DNA of 64,000 nt from Polyangiales bacterium (lineage in GTDB: Bacteria; Myxococcota_A; Polyangia; Polyangiales; Ga0077539): NCBI GenBank assembly GCA_044229975.1, contig JBGARZ010000023.1:64001-128000 (forward strand), given 5' to 3'. Position numbers and translations under genes: made by a program. Numbering within the stretch: position 1 is the stretch's first letter; the number at the start of each line of letters is the position of its first letter. Shown one piece after another: positions 18,676 through 31,135 of the stretch. Under the pieces are notes generated by a model. It worked only from the letters and a program-made list of their open reading frames with translations, was not told the origin of the DNA and searched no databases.

Positions 18676-18687
18676 GCGGGCGTCGGG

Positions 18688-18870
18688 TCAGCCCGCGCGG
18701 TGGCGGCCCTGGCAGCAGGGCGAGCCGGGATGGCAGCAGGGCGAGCCGGGGTAGCAGCAGTCGCCGGCGCCCCGGGCGGTGCGAACGGCGGTGACCGTCG
18801 CCCCGAGGCCCGTGGCGAGGGAGAGGGCCCCGAGGATCATCAGGGTCCGGGGGGAGAGCAGCTTCATCAT
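18688..18870 (-). CDS. Small secreted Cys-rich peptide with CCxPGSP repeats
   Basis: RBS GGAGG, signal-like N-terminus, DCCYPGSPCCHPGSPCCQG encoded by 21-nt repeats. First gene of the ECF operon. Confidence 0.75.
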   Translation of the reverse strand: MMKLLSPRTLMILGALSLATGLGATVTAVRTARGAGDCCYPGSPCCHPGSPCCQGRHRAG

Positions 18871-18894
18871 GGGTAGAGACCTCCTGTCCCCCTG

Positions 18895-18921
18895 CTAGCC
18901 GTTCGGGCGGCGGCCGTGACC
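18895..18921 (-). promoter_or_regulatory. ECF-type promoter GGTCAC-N17-CTAG (copy 1)
   Basis: Minus-strand GGTCAC 18921-16 and CTAG 18898-95, upstream of the peptide-sigma operon. Confidence 0.7.
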
Positions 18922-18961
18922 GACAAAGTGTCGCGCGGGCCGTTTCGGGTGTCGCGGTCGC

Positions 18962-19507
18962 CTACGTCGCCGGGGCGCAGGTGCAGTCGGCGCACCCGTC
19001 GTCCGCGCAGGACCCGCAGCAGGCCTGCACCCGCGCGCGCAGCGCCTCGCGCGCCCGGAAGACCCGCACGGCGGCGTTGTTCGCGGTGATGCCCTCGGCC
19101 TCGGCGAAGTCCTTCACGCTCTGCCCGGCAACGGTCACCTGCCGGAGCGCCGCCGCGTACTCGGGCTTCATCGCGTCCGCCAGCCGCCCCACGCACGCGC
19201 AGGTGGTCGGCGCGAGGGCCGCCACCGGCGGCGCCTCCGGCTCGTCCAGCTCCGCGGCCAGGGCGTCGAGCGCGCGGCCGTGGCTGGCGTCCCGGCGCCG
19301 GCGGTCGATCACCGCGTTGCGCAGGATCCGGTAGAACCAGGCGCGCGACGACTCGTCCTGCCGGAGCGAGGCGCCGTGGGTCATGCTGCGGGCGTAGGCG
19401 TCCTGGAGGATGTCCTCGGCCGCCGCGCGGTCGCCGAGCCGGCGCTCCAGGAAGGCGAGGAAGCTCGAACGCGCGGCGAGCAGCGACTCGGTGACGTGGG
19501 CGTCCAT
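18962..19507 (-). CDS. corE: CorE-like metal-responsive ECF sigma factor with Cys-rich C-terminal domain
   Basis: AEDILQDAY, WFYRILRNAVIDRRR, CAC between regions 2 and 4, C-terminus CCGSCADDGCADCTC. Lies downstream of a Cu-ATPase. Confidence 0.8.
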   Translation of the reverse strand: MDAHVTESLLAARSSFLAFLERRLGDRAAAEDILQDAYARSMTHGASLRQDESSRAWFYRILRNAVIDRRRRDASHGRALDALAAELDEPEAPPVAALAPTTCACVGRLADAMKPEYAAALRQVTVAGQSVKDFAEAEGITANNAAVRVFRAREALRARVQACCGSCADDGCADCTCAPAT

Positions 19508-19551
19508 GGGCCGGAGTCTAACGGCGTCGGCGGCGGAGGGCACGGAGGGGA

Positions 19552-21846
19552 TCACGGCGACCACCGCCGCAGCCGCAGCGAGTTGAGGAGCACCGAGACG
19601 CTCGACAGCGACATCGCCGCGCTCGCGAAGACCGGCGAGAGCGACCAGCCCGTCACGGGCTCGAGCAGCCCCGCCGCGAGGGGGATGCCGACGAGGTTGT
19701 AGACGAAGGCCCAGAAGAGGTTCTGCCGGATCGTGCGCAGCGTGGCCCGCGCGAGCGCGAGCGCCGTCGGCACCGCCCCGACGCCGCCCCGCAGGATCGT
19801 CACGTCCGCGGCGGCCGCTGCGACGTCCGCGCCGCCGCCCATCGCCACGCCGAGGTCGGCCGCGGCTAGCGCGGGCGCGTCGTTCACGCCGTCGCCCACC
19901 ATCGCCACGGTGCGCCCCGCCGCGCGCAGCCGCGCCACCAGCGCGGCCTTCTCCTCGGGGCGCACTTCCGCATGCACCTCGCTCACGCCCGCGGCGCGCG
20001 CGACCGTCAGCGCCGTCGCCCACCGGTCGCCCGTCGCCATCGCCACGGACACGCCCATCGCCGTCAACGCGGCCACGGTCGCGGCGGCCTCGGGGCGCAC
20101 CGTGTCGGCCACCGTCACGAGGCCCGCCAGGGCGCCGTCGATGGCCACGAACACGGGCGTCTCGCCCCGGTCCGCGGCCGCGGCCGCCGCGGGCTCCAGC
20201 GCGTCGGCGGCGACCCCCTGCGACGCCAGCCAGCGGGTGGTGCCGACGCACACGAGCGACGTGCCGACGCGGGCCTGCACGCCGCCGCCCGGGGTCGCCG
20301 TGAACTCCGTCGCGGCGACGGCGGTCAGGCCCCGCGCGGCGGCGCCCGCGACGATGGCGCGCGCCACGGGGTGTTCGCTCCCCGCCTCCGCGGCGGCCGC
20401 CAGCGCGAGCAGCTCGTCCTCGCCCCTCCCGCCCGCGGGGACCACCCGCGCGAGGGCCATCCGGCCCAGGGTGAGGGTGCCCGTCTTGTCGAAGAGCACC
20501 TGGTCGATCTTCGAGGCGCGCTCCAGGGCCTCGCCGCCCTTCACCAGCAGCCCGAGGGCGGCCGCGCGGCTCGTGCCCACGGCGACGGCCGCGGGCGTGG
20601 CGAGCCCGAGCGCGCAGGGGCAGGCGATCACCAGCACCGCGACGAAGTGCTCGACCGCGGCGGCGAGTCCGTCGGGCCCGCGCGGGAGCACCATCCACGC
20701 GGCGAAGGTGAGTACGGCGAGCGCGACTACCGCCGGCACGAACACCGCGCTCACCCGGTCGGCGAGGCGGGCGATGGGCGCGCGCGTGCCCTGGGCCTCG
20801 GAGACGGCGTCCACGATGCGCGCAACGGCCGACTCGGCGCCCCGGCGCGTCACCTCGATCACGAGGCTGCCGCCCTCGACCAGCGTCCCGCCCTGCACGG
20901 GGTCGCCGGGCCCGCGCTCCACGGGCACGCTCTCGCCGGTGAGCATCGACTCGTCCACGGCGGCCTGACCCTCCACGACCGTCCCGTCGGTCGGGACGCG
21001 CTGCCCGGGGCGCACGCGCACGCGGTCGCCCGGGAGCAGCGACCCCACCGTCACCTCGAGCTCAACCCCGCCCCGCAGGCGCGTCGCGCTCGGCGGCTGG
21101 AGGGCCACGAGGCCGCGCACCGCGTCCCCCAGGCGCCGGCGCGCGCGCCGCTCCAGGGCCTTGCCCAGCAGCATGAACGCGACGATCGCGCCGGCCGCCT
21201 CGAAGTACACCGGGACGTGACCGTGCTCGCCGTGCGGAAGCAGTCGCGGCACGAAGGTCACCGCCGCCGACCAGCCCCAGGCGGTGAGGGCGCCGAGCGC
21301 GACGAGGACGTTCATGTCGGCGCTCCGGTGGCGCAGCGCCGCGGCCGCGAGGCGCAGGAAGCGGCGCCCGGGGCCGAAGACCACCGCCGTCGCCAGCGCG
21401 AGCTGGAGGTAGCGCCCGGCGGCGCCCGCGGTCCCCGGGATCGCGCCGTGCGACATCCCGACGACCAGGAGCGGCACGGCCAGCGCCGCAGCCACGATCA
21501 GGTCGCGCCGGTCGCGGCGGGCGTCGGACTCTTCGGCGGCGTCGATGCGCGCGAGGCGCGACGCTGCGTCGGGCGGGGCCTCGCCCGCCGCGGGCACGTC
21601 GGGGACCTCGTAGCCCGCCCCGCGGATCGCCTCGGCGAGGGCCTCCGGGGCCGTCGCGGCGGGGTCGTAGTCGATCGTCGCATGCTGGGTGGCGAGGTTC
21701 ACCCGCGCGTCGAGCACGCCGGGCGCGCGCCCGAGCACGCGCTCGATGCGGCCGACGCAGGCCGCGCAGGTCATGCCGAGCACCGCGAGCTGCACGCGCG
21801 TCGGGTCGTCGGGAGGGGACAGGGGGTTCGCGAGCGAGGATGTCAT
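19552..21846 (-). CDS. copA: Cu(I)-translocating P1B-type ATPase
   Basis: GMTCAAC HMA domain, [27 protein letters not shown] and MSLSS. Confidence 0.93.
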   Translation of the reverse strand: MTSSLANPLSPPDDPTRVQLAVLGMTCAACVGRIERVLGRAPGVLDARVNLATQHATIDYDPAATAPEALAEAIRGAGYEVPDVPAAGEAPPDAASRLARIDAAEESDARRDRRDLIVAAALAVPLLVVGMSHGAIPGTAGAAGRYLQLALATAVVFGPGRRFLRLAAAALRHRSADMNVLVALGALTAWGWSAAVTFVPRLLPHGEHGHVPVYFEAAGAIVAFMLLGKALERRARRRLGDAVRGLVALQPPSATRLRGGVELEVTVGSLLPGDRVRVRPGQRVPTDGTVVEGQAAVDESMLTGESVPVERGPGDPVQGGTLVEGGSLVIEVTRRGAESAVARIVDAVSEAQGTRAPIARLADRVSAVFVPAVVALAVLTFAAWMVLPRGPDGLAAAVEHFVAVLVIACPCALGLATPAAVAVGTSRAAALGLLVKGGEALERASKIDQVLFDKTGTLTLGRMALARVVPAGGRGEDELLALAAAAEAGSEHPVARAIVAGAAARGLTAVAATEFTATPGGGVQARVGTSLVCVGTTRWLASQGVAADALEPAAAAAADRGETPVFVAIDGALAGLVTVADTVRPEAAATVAALTAMGVSVAMATGDRWATALTVARAAGVSEVHAEVRPEEKAALVARLRAAGRTVAMVGDGVNDAPALAAADLGVAMGGGADVAAAAADVTILRGGVGAVPTALALARATLRTIRQNLFWAFVYNLVGIPLAAGLLEPVTGWSLSPVFASAAMSLSSVSVLLNSLRLRRWSP

Positions 21847-21874
21847 GGGGGTTCGGCTCCGGTTCGATCGGGCC

Positions 21875-21900
21875 GACGCAGCCGGGCGCGGCGGATTACA
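21875..21900 (-). promoter_or_regulatory. ECF-type promoter TGTAA-N17-CGTC (copy 2)
   Basis: Minus-strand TGTAA 21900-896 and CGTC 21878-75, upstream of copA-corE. Confidence 0.7.
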
Positions 21901-22005
21901 TCCCTCGTTCGCAGAGGATCGGCGGGTCGTTCTGGATCCCGGCACGCCGGCGCCCCTCAGTGCATGGGAGACCGCGGGGTCGTGAGCTGTCCGATGGACA
22001 GTCCT

Positions 22006-25000
22006 TCATGCCGGCGCGGCTCCTTCCGTCTCGGGCGGTCCGTCGATGCCCCCGCGACGAATCTGTCCCCTGCGCCAGACCGCGTAGGCGGCGGGCAGCA
22101 CGAGAAGCGTGAGCGCCAGACACGACACCAGGCCGCCCACGACCGGAGCGGCGATGCGCGCGGAGACGTCGGCGCCCGGGCCCGCCTCCCAGAGCAGGGG
22201 CAAGAGGCCCAGCACCGTGCTGGCCACCGACATCACGATGGGCCGTACCCGCGACGAAGCCCCCTCCACGACGGCTTCATCCACGTCGCTCACGTCCAGC
22301 GAAGCCTTGTCCTTCTGCCGCAACGAGACCGCCTGATCGAGGAACTCGACCATGAGGATGCCGGTCTCGGAGGCGGTTCCGATGACGGCGATGAGGCCCA
22401 CCCACACGGCGGTCGAGACGTTGTAGTGCCGCAGGTGGAGCAGCCACACGCTGCCGATCAATGCGAAGGGCAGGCTGGTGAGGACCAGGCCCGTCTGGGC
22501 CCAACCCCGCATGGCTCGACGAAGAAGGAAGACGACCAGCAGGAGGGTAAGCGGCACCACCCAGGCCATGCGCGCCTGCATCTCCGCCATGAACTCGTAC
22601 TGACCCGTCCATTGCAGCCGGTAGCCCGGAGGCAGTGACAACTGGCGCGCGACGACGGCCCTCGCGTCGCTCACCCAGCCGCCGAGGTCGCGCTGCGAGG
22701 CGTCGATGTCGGCGAAGACGTAGCCGACCAGGACGCCGTTCTCGTCCTTGATCATCGGCGGGCCGGTCACGACCCGCACGTCCGCGATCGCCCCGAGCGG
22801 AACCGTCGCCCCGGACGGTCGCCAGCGATCGCTCGGATCAGGCGCGGATGCGGCCGGTGCGCCCATCGCCGGTGCCGGGCTCGCGCCACCCGGTGCCCCG
22901 ACCCGCATCCCGGTGCGACCTGCGCCGCCTCCCATGCCGCTGCCACCCATGGCCCCCTGGGCGCTGTTGCCCGCCGGGGATGAGCCGGCGCCCGCGCCGC
23001 CGGCCTCCGCCTCGCCCACCGGCTCCGAGCTGGCCACCGGGATGAGGATGCGGCGCAGCGAGTCGGGATCGGCCCGGTAGTCCGCGGCGTAGCGCAGGTT
23101 GATCGAGAACCTCGACCGGCCTGCGATCACGGTCGAGACCGCCATGCCCCCGACGGCCGCTTCGACGACGTCGTGGACGTCCCGCACGCTCAGTCCGTAG
23201 CGGGCGATGGCCTCCCGGTCGGGGACGACGTCGATGTACTCGCGGCCCGTCTGGCGCTCCGCGAAGGTGCTGCGCGTTCCCGGGACGCCGCGCAGCATCC
23301 CTTCGAGGGCGATGGAGAGGCGCTCGATCTCGGCGAGGTCGGGCCCGAAGACCTTGATGCCAACGGGTGTCCGCACGCCGGTCGTCAGCATGTCGATGCG
23401 CGTCCGAATCGGCGGCGCGATCGCCATCTGATAGCCGGGCATCCGCAGCGCCGCGTCCAGGTCGCGGCTGAGCTCTTCGAGCGTGCGCGGACGCTGCTCA
23501 GGCCAGATCCATCGGAGGGGAACCCGCAGCCACTCGGGCCCTCCGCTGTACCACCGCGCGGTATACCGCCGCGGCCACGCGCTCGTGGGGCGCAGGACCA
23601 CGACGCTCTCGATCATGTCGAGCTGCGCCGGGTCGGTGGCCGTCTCCGCCCGCCCGGCCTTGCCATGCACCGACGACACCTCCCGGAAGGATCGGATGAT
23701 CCGATCCTGGGCCGTGAGCGCCCGGCGCGCCTCCTCGATGGAGATGCCCGGAAAGGTCGTGGGCATGACCAGGAGAGAGCCCTCGTCGAGGGGCGGCATG
23801 AACTCCGAGCCGAGGCGTAGGGCCACGGGCACCGTCGCCGCGAGCAACGCGGCCGCGCCGAGGAGGACGAACCATCGCGCCCGGACGGCGAGGCGCACCA
23901 CCGGCCGATACATCCGGGTCAGGACGCGGCTGACGGGGTTCTCGTCGTCCCGGCGAAACCTGCCCCGCATCACGAGCAACATGAGGGGCGGCACCAGCGT
24001 CACGGAGAGCAGCGCCGCCGCGAAGGTGGCGAAGGTGTGCGTGAGGACGAGCGGGCGGAACAGCCGCCCGGCCTGGCCGGTCAGGCTGAGGAGCGGGACG
24101 AAGCTCACGGTGACCAGGAGGAGGGAGAAGAACGTGGGGCGTCCGACCTCCTTGAGCGCGTCGAGGATGACGCGTCGCCGGTCCGCGCCCGCGGCCGCGA
24201 GCGAGAGCCGGCGCGCGCCGTTCTCGACGAAGGTCGTGGAGGCGTCCTCAAGCTCCCCCACCGCGATCGCGATCCCGGCGAGGGACATGATGTTGATCGA
24301 CATGCCGACGTGGAACGTCGGGATGAAGGTGAGCAGGACCGCGAGCGGAATGACGACGACGGCGACGAAGGCCGACCGGGCGCTGAACAGGAAGAAGAGG
24401 CAGATGAGCGCGACGATGACGCCCTCCTGGATGAGCGTATTTCTCAGCGTCGCCACGGAGCCGCGAATCAGGTGCGAGCGGTCGTAGGTCGGCACGAGGC
24501 GGACGCCCTCGGGCAGGCTCAGCCGCGCGATCTCGGCCTTGATGGCGTCGTTGACCTGGAGGGCGTTGGAGCCGATGCGCATGACGACGATGCCGCCGAC
24601 GGCCTCGCCGCGGCCGTCGAAGTCCGCGGCGCCCCGGCGGATCTCCGGGCCGAACTGGACGCGCGCGACGTCGCGCAGCCGGATGGGGTTGCCGCCCGCG
24701 CCCACGCTCACGACGCTCGCTTCGAGGTCGGCGAGGGTCCGCACGTACCCGCGGCCGCGCAGGACGTACTCGCGCCCGGCGACCTCCAGCACGCGCGCCC
24801 CCACCTCGGAGTTGGCGTCCCGCGCGGCGCGGGTCACGTCGGCCAGTGAGAGTCCGTAGGCGGCGAGGCGGTTCGGATCGAGGACGATCTGGTACTGGCG
24901 CTCGAAGCCGCCGACCGTCGCGACCTCGGCGACGCCGGAGACCGCCTGGAGCGTCGGGCGGATCGTGAAGTCCTGGAGCTCACGGAGCTGCGCGAGGTCG

Positions 25001-25452
25001 CGTCGCCCGGAGGTGTCCTCGATCACGTATTGGAACACCCAGCCGACGCCGGTCGCGTCGGGTCCGAGGATGGGTGCGACGTCCGGGGGCAGGAGCCGCT
25101 GCACGCGCCCGAGCTGCTCGAGGACCCGGGTGCGCGCCCAGTAGATGTCGGTGTCGTCCTCGAAGATCACGTAGATGAAGCTCATCCCGAACATCGAGTA
25201 GCCGCGCACCGTCCGGGCGTGGGGCGTGCTCTGGAGCGCGCGCACGAGGGGGTAGGTGATCTGGTCCTCGACGAGGTCGGGGCTCCGGCCCATCCAGTCG
25301 GTGAACACGATGACCTGCGGATCGGAGAGGTCTGGGATCGCGTCGAGGGGCGTCCGCCTCATGGCGGTGACGGCCCACACGACGAGGAGGGCCATCACGC
25401 CGAAGACGACCCACGGGCGCTTCGCGGACAGCTCGATGATGCGCTCGACCAC
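22006..25452 (-). CDS. cusA: CusA-type Cu/Ag RND efflux permease
   Basis: PLDAIPDLSDPQVI, VEDQITYPL, LGPDATGVGW, GSEFMPPLDEG, DMIES, RIDMLTTG. Confidence 0.92.
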   Translation of the reverse strand: MVERIIELSAKRPWVVFGVMALLVVWAVTAMRRTPLDAIPDLSDPQVIVFTDWMGRSPDLVEDQITYPLVRALQSTPHARTVRGYSMFGMSFIYVIFEDDTDIYWARTRVLEQLGRVQRLLPPDVAPILGPDATGVGWVFQYVIEDTSGRRDLAQLRELQDFTIRPTLQAVSGVAEVATVGGFERQYQIVLDPNRLAAYGLSLADVTRAARDANSEVGARVLEVAGREYVLRGRGYVRTLADLEASVVSVGAGGNPIRLRDVARVQFGPEIRRGAADFDGRGEAVGGIVVMRIGSNALQVNDAIKAEIARLSLPEGVRLVPTYDRSHLIRGSVATLRNTLIQEGVIVALICLFFLFSARSAFVAVVVIPLAVLLTFIPTFHVGMSINIMSLAGIAIAVGELEDASTTFVENGARRLSLAAAGADRRRVILDALKEVGRPTFFSLLLVTVSFVPLLSLTGQAGRLFRPLVLTHTFATFAAALLSVTLVPPLMLLVMRGRFRRDDENPVSRVLTRMYRPVVRLAVRARWFVLLGAAALLAATVPVALRLGSEFMPPLDEGSLLVMPTTFPGISIEEARRALTAQDRIIRSFREVSSVHGKAGRAETATDPAQLDMIESVVVLRPTSAWPRRYTARWYSGGPEWLRVPLRWIWPEQRPRTLEELSRDLDAALRMPGYQMAIAPPIRTRIDMLTTGVRTPVGIKVFGPDLAEIERLSIALEGMLRGVPGTRSTFAERQTGREYIDVVPDREAIARYGLSVRDVHDVVEAAVGGMAVSTVIAGRSRFSINLRYAADYRADPDSLRRILIPVASSEPVGEAEAGGAGAGSSPAGNSAQGAMGGSGMGGGAGRTGMRVGAPGGASPAPAMGAPAASAPDPSDRWRPSGATVPLGAIADVRVVTGPPMIKDENGVLVGYVFADIDASQRDLGGWVSDARAVVARQLSLPPGYRLQWTGQYEFMAEMQARMAWVVPLTLLLVVFLLRRAMRGWAQTGLVLTSLPFALIGSVWLLHLRHYNVSTAVWVGLIAVIGTASETGILMVEFLDQAVSLRQKDKASLDVSDVDEAVVEGASSRVRPIVMSVASTVLGLLPLLWEAGPGADVSARIAAPVVGGLVSCLALTLLVLPAAYAVWRRGQIRRGGIDGPPETEGAAPA

Positions 25453-25463
25453 GGCGGCGGCTC

Positions 25464-26795
25464 CTAGTGGCCCGCGTGAGCCGAGCCCGGCGGTGGGCTC
25501 GGAGCGGGCTCGGGACGGGCGCCGCGATCGCTCGGTGTGGCGCCGGCCGCCGGCGGCGTCTGTCCGCCGTGGGCGTGACCCGTGCCGCCCCCCGAGGCGC
25601 GCAGACGGCTCTCCGAGTCGATCAGGAACACCCCCGAAGCAACGATCGACTCCCCTTCGCTCAGCCCCTCGCGCACCTCCACGCGGTCGTCGAGCCGGGT
25701 CCCCAGCGTGACGGCTCGGGGCACGAAGCGCCCGTCACTCCCGACGACGAAGACGTGCTGGGTCTCGCCGGTGTCCACGACGGCGTCCCGCGGGACCGTC
25801 AGCGCCCCGTGAGCGCTCACCTGGAAGTTGGCTTCACCGTAGAGGCCGGGGCGCAGGGAGCCGTCGTCGTTCGGGACCACGAAGCGCGCGCGCAAGGTCC
25901 GCGTGCGTTCGGTGAGGGTGGGGTAGAGGAAGTCGATTCGCGCCTCGAAGGGTGCCCGGCCCGAGGCCGCGAACTCGAGCCGCGCCGGCGTGTCCCGCTG
26001 AATCGCGGGGATGTCGCCTTCGGGGACCTCGGCCAGCACCCAGACGCGGGAGAGGTCCGCGATCGTGAGCAGCTCCGTCGAGGGGTCCACCGCGGTCCCG
26101 ACGGCGATCCCGCGGTGGAGCACCACGCCCGTGCGGGGAGCCACCACGGTGACGGTGCGCAGGGGGCGGCCCGTGCTCTCGACCTGGGCGAGCTCCGCCG
26201 CGGTCATCCCGAGCACCGCGAGGCGGCTGCGCGTGGCCGCGAGGAGGCCCTGCGTAGCCGCCGCAGTGGTCGGGTGGGCGAGGTTCTGGCGCAGCGCGAT
26301 GAGCTCGTTCTGCGAGGCCAGCAGCTCCTGCGAGAAGATGGCGGCGAGCGGTGCGCCGCGCGTGACGCGCTGCCCGGTGGTGTTGACGTAGAGCCGCTCG
26401 ATCCACCCCGCCACGCGGGTGTGAACGTGCGAGACCCGCGACTCGTCGAGCGCCACCGTCGCGACGGCGCGCACGGGCCGACCGATGTCCTCCCTCGCGA
26501 CGCGGGCGACGCGCACGCCGATCGCGTCGAGCTGCCCCCGGGGGACCGCCACCGGCACGCGCCCCGGTACGGTGTGGGCCGCGTGCGGATCGACGGCCTC
26601 GTTCCCGTCGAGGGCGAGTGGCGCGGCGGTGCGCCCTCCGGGCGGATTCGCCGGCGCCATCTCGTGGTGCAGCGAGAAGGGCCAGGCCCGGCGGAGGTGC
26701 TGCGTGATGAGCGACCCCACCATGAGGACGACCACGGCGAGCGTGGCCACCGAGAGCGTGCGCCATCCCCGCGCCACCAGCGGGTGAGCGATCAT
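25464..26795 (-). CDS. cusB: CusB-like RND periplasmic adaptor
   Basis: GWIERLYVN, FSQELLASQNE, IADLSRVWV, FLIDSES, His-containing tail. Confidence 0.88.
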   Translation of the reverse strand: MIAHPLVARGWRTLSVATLAVVVLMVGSLITQHLRRAWPFSLHHEMAPANPPGGRTAAPLALDGNEAVDPHAAHTVPGRVPVAVPRGQLDAIGVRVARVAREDIGRPVRAVATVALDESRVSHVHTRVAGWIERLYVNTTGQRVTRGAPLAAIFSQELLASQNELIALRQNLAHPTTAAATQGLLAATRSRLAVLGMTAAELAQVESTGRPLRTVTVVAPRTGVVLHRGIAVGTAVDPSTELLTIADLSRVWVLAEVPEGDIPAIQRDTPARLEFAASGRAPFEARIDFLYPTLTERTRTLRARFVVPNDDGSLRPGLYGEANFQVSAHGALTVPRDAVVDTGETQHVFVVGSDGRFVPRAVTLGTRLDDRVEVREGLSEGESIVASGVFLIDSESRLRASGGGTGHAHGGQTPPAAGATPSDRGARPEPAPSPPPGSAHAGH

Positions 26796-28081
26796 CGCGG
26801 CCCGCCGCCGAAGCGCCCGACGGTGCGCTCCAGCCGTGCGCGGACGACGCCGACATCGACCTCCGCCATCACCCGCTCCTCCTGCGTCATGCGCAGCGAC
26901 ACGATGGCTTCGATCACCGCGACGAGCGGCGCCTGGCCGGCGGCGTAGGCCGCGATCGTCGCCCGCAGGGTCTGGACCGCCTGCGGCTCGACCTCGTCGC
27001 GCAGGGCGGCCGACCGCACGCGGGCGGCGTCGAGCGAGCCGAGGGCGGCGCGCACCTCGCCTTCGATCATCGTGCGCGCCCCGCGCAGCTCCGCGTCTGC
27101 CATCGTCCCCATGGCGCGGGCCTCGGCGACGCCCGCCGCGAGCCGCGCGCGCCAGATCGGAACGGTCACCCCCACCATCACCATCACCCCCGGGCCGTCG
27201 CTCATGGTGGTCGAGGCCCCCGCGCGCACGAAGGCCATCGGCGCGTACATCGCGCGCATCGCCTCGACCTCCGAGCCGTACTGGCGCCGCGAGGCCTCGA
27301 CCGACGCGAGCTCGGGCCGCGAGCGCAGGGCCTCGGCGACCAGCGCCTCCGCGGCCGCCGGGGGCTCGTCGGCCGCGGCGGCGAGCTCCGGCACCGGGAG
27401 GTCGCCCGCGCGGCCGAGGGCGGCGTTGAGCATCGCCTCGGCGGCGACCGTCTGGCCCCGCAGCGCGGCCCGCCGGGTGGCCTGCCGGCGCGTCTCCGTG
27501 TCGGCGCGCAGGACGTCCGACTGCGGCGCCGCGCCAGCGGCGTAGCGCGCGGTGGCGATGCGGGTGAGGTCCCCGGCGAGCGCGACCTGGGCGTCGAGCA
27601 CCGCGGCCATCCGACGCAGGCCCGCGAGCATGTGGAAGGCCCGGAGCGCCTCCGCCGTCACGTCGAGCACGGTCTCGCCCGCCCGCAGGCGTCGCGCGTC
27701 GGCGGCGGACTGGGCCGCGCGCCGACGGGCGCCCAGGACGCCGGAGAGCGGGAACTCCTGCTGCACCATCACGCTCCCGTCGAAGCCCATGCCGGAGAAG
27801 GGGATGTGGTCCGCCGACACCATCACCATGGGGTCGGGCAGCGATCCGACGATGGCCGGTCGCTGTCCGAGCGCCCGCGCCTCGGCCAGCGCGGCCGTGA
27901 TCTCCGCCCGGTGCGCGCCCGCGTATTGGACCACGCCGACGACATCGAGCGGGCTCGGCAGCGTGTCGCGAGGCTGGCCGTGGGCGCCCTCCGTCGCGAG
28001 GAGCGTGATCACCGCGGCGATGAGTCCGGCCCACGCCGTCGCGACGCGCCGATCACGGGCGCCTTGAGGTTGGCCATTCAC
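26792..28081 (-). CDS. TolC/CusC family outer membrane protein
   Basis: GTG start with GGAGG RBS, LPDPMV, QEFPL, TVPIW. First gene of the cusCBA-like operon. Confidence 0.85.
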   Translation of the reverse strand: MNGQPQGARDRRVATAWAGLIAAVITLLATEGAHGQPRDTLPSPLDVVGVVQYAGAHRAEITAALAEARALGQRPAIVGSLPDPMVMVSADHIPFSGMGFDGSVMVQQEFPLSGVLGARRRAAQSAADARRLRAGETVLDVTAEALRAFHMLAGLRRMAAVLDAQVALAGDLTRIATARYAAGAAPQSDVLRADTETRRQATRRAALRGQTVAAEAMLNAALGRAGDLPVPELAAAADEPPAAAEALVAEALRSRPELASVEASRRQYGSEVEAMRAMYAPMAFVRAGASTTMSDGPGVMVMVGVTVPIWRARLAAGVAEARAMGTMADAELRGARTMIEGEVRAALGSLDAARVRSAALRDEVEPQAVQTLRATIAAYAAGQAPLVAVIEAIVSLRMTQEERVMAEVDVGVVRARLERTVGRFGGGPR

Positions 28082-28310
28082 GGGAGATCCTCCCTCGAGC
28101 GTTCGATGGGGATCACTCCCCCGCGTTGCGCCGATGACGTCCCCTTGAGCAACCCACGCGCCACGTCCATGGGCGCGGAGGAATCGGTGGAACTTCGCCT
28201 GCCCGGAACTCGATCTCGGTGTCCGGCGCACAAGCTGCGCTCGGGCGAACGGATTGCACCATCGACGACCGCCGGACGTCCGCTCGGGCGCGGGGCGGAG
28301 ATTCGCGCGG

Positions 28311-28336
28311 TGTAATGCCGATGGCACTGGTCCGTC
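28311..28336 (+). promoter_or_regulatory. ECF-type promoter TGTAA-N17-CGTC (copy 3)
   Basis: TGTAA 28311-15 and CGTC 28333-36, upstream of the YHS-CopA gene. Confidence 0.7.
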
Positions 28337-28431
28337 TGCGGCTCCAGAGACGGAAGCCGGTGACAGATCGCAGCGACGGGGCACGCCGCCTGCTCTGCGG
28401 ACTGCCGGGCGACCGCCCCGCGAGGCACTCC

Positions 28432-30810
<2,379 letters not shown>

Positions 30811-30822
30811 GGTCGATGCGGC

Positions 30823-30848
30823 TGTAAGGCACCGAGGGGGCCTGCGTC
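30823..30848 (+). promoter_or_regulatory. ECF-type promoter TGTAA-N17-CGTC (copy 4)
   Basis: TGTAA 30823-27 and CGTC 30845-48, upstream of copZ. Confidence 0.7.
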
Positions 30849-30896
30849 TGCCTTGATGCGAGCCAAAGCAACGCGGCCCGCAGGAGCGACGAAACC

Positions 30897-31121
30897 ATGA
30901 ACTCCAACGAGACCCTGCTCGACGTCCGCGGCATGAACTGCGGCTCGTGCGTCCGCCACATTTCCCAGGCACTCGACGCGCTCGACGGCGTCGAGGAGGT
31001 CCACCCCTCGCTGCCCGACAAGACCGTCCGCGTCCGGCACGACCCGGCGCGGGTGAGCGCCGAGCAGCTCGCCGGCGCGCTGACCGCGAAGGGCTACCCC
31101 GCCGCCGCGCGCGCCGCGTGA
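30897..31121 (+). CDS. copZ: HMA-domain copper chaperone
   Basis: GMNCGSCV, C-terminal GY, 74 aa. Confidence 0.88.
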   Translation: MNSNETLLDVRGMNCGSCVRHISQALDALDGVEEVHPSLPDKTVRVRHDPARVSAEQLAGALTAKGYPAAARAA

Positions 31122-31135
31122 ATCGACCCCGGCCG

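Noticed and set aside
18962..20698. Apparent 578-aa sigma factor ORF
   Set aside because: The N-terminal part is an off-frame overlap with copA. The sigma starts at about 19507. The same artefact inflates ORFs 7535-9544, 25464-28034 and 15831-18089.
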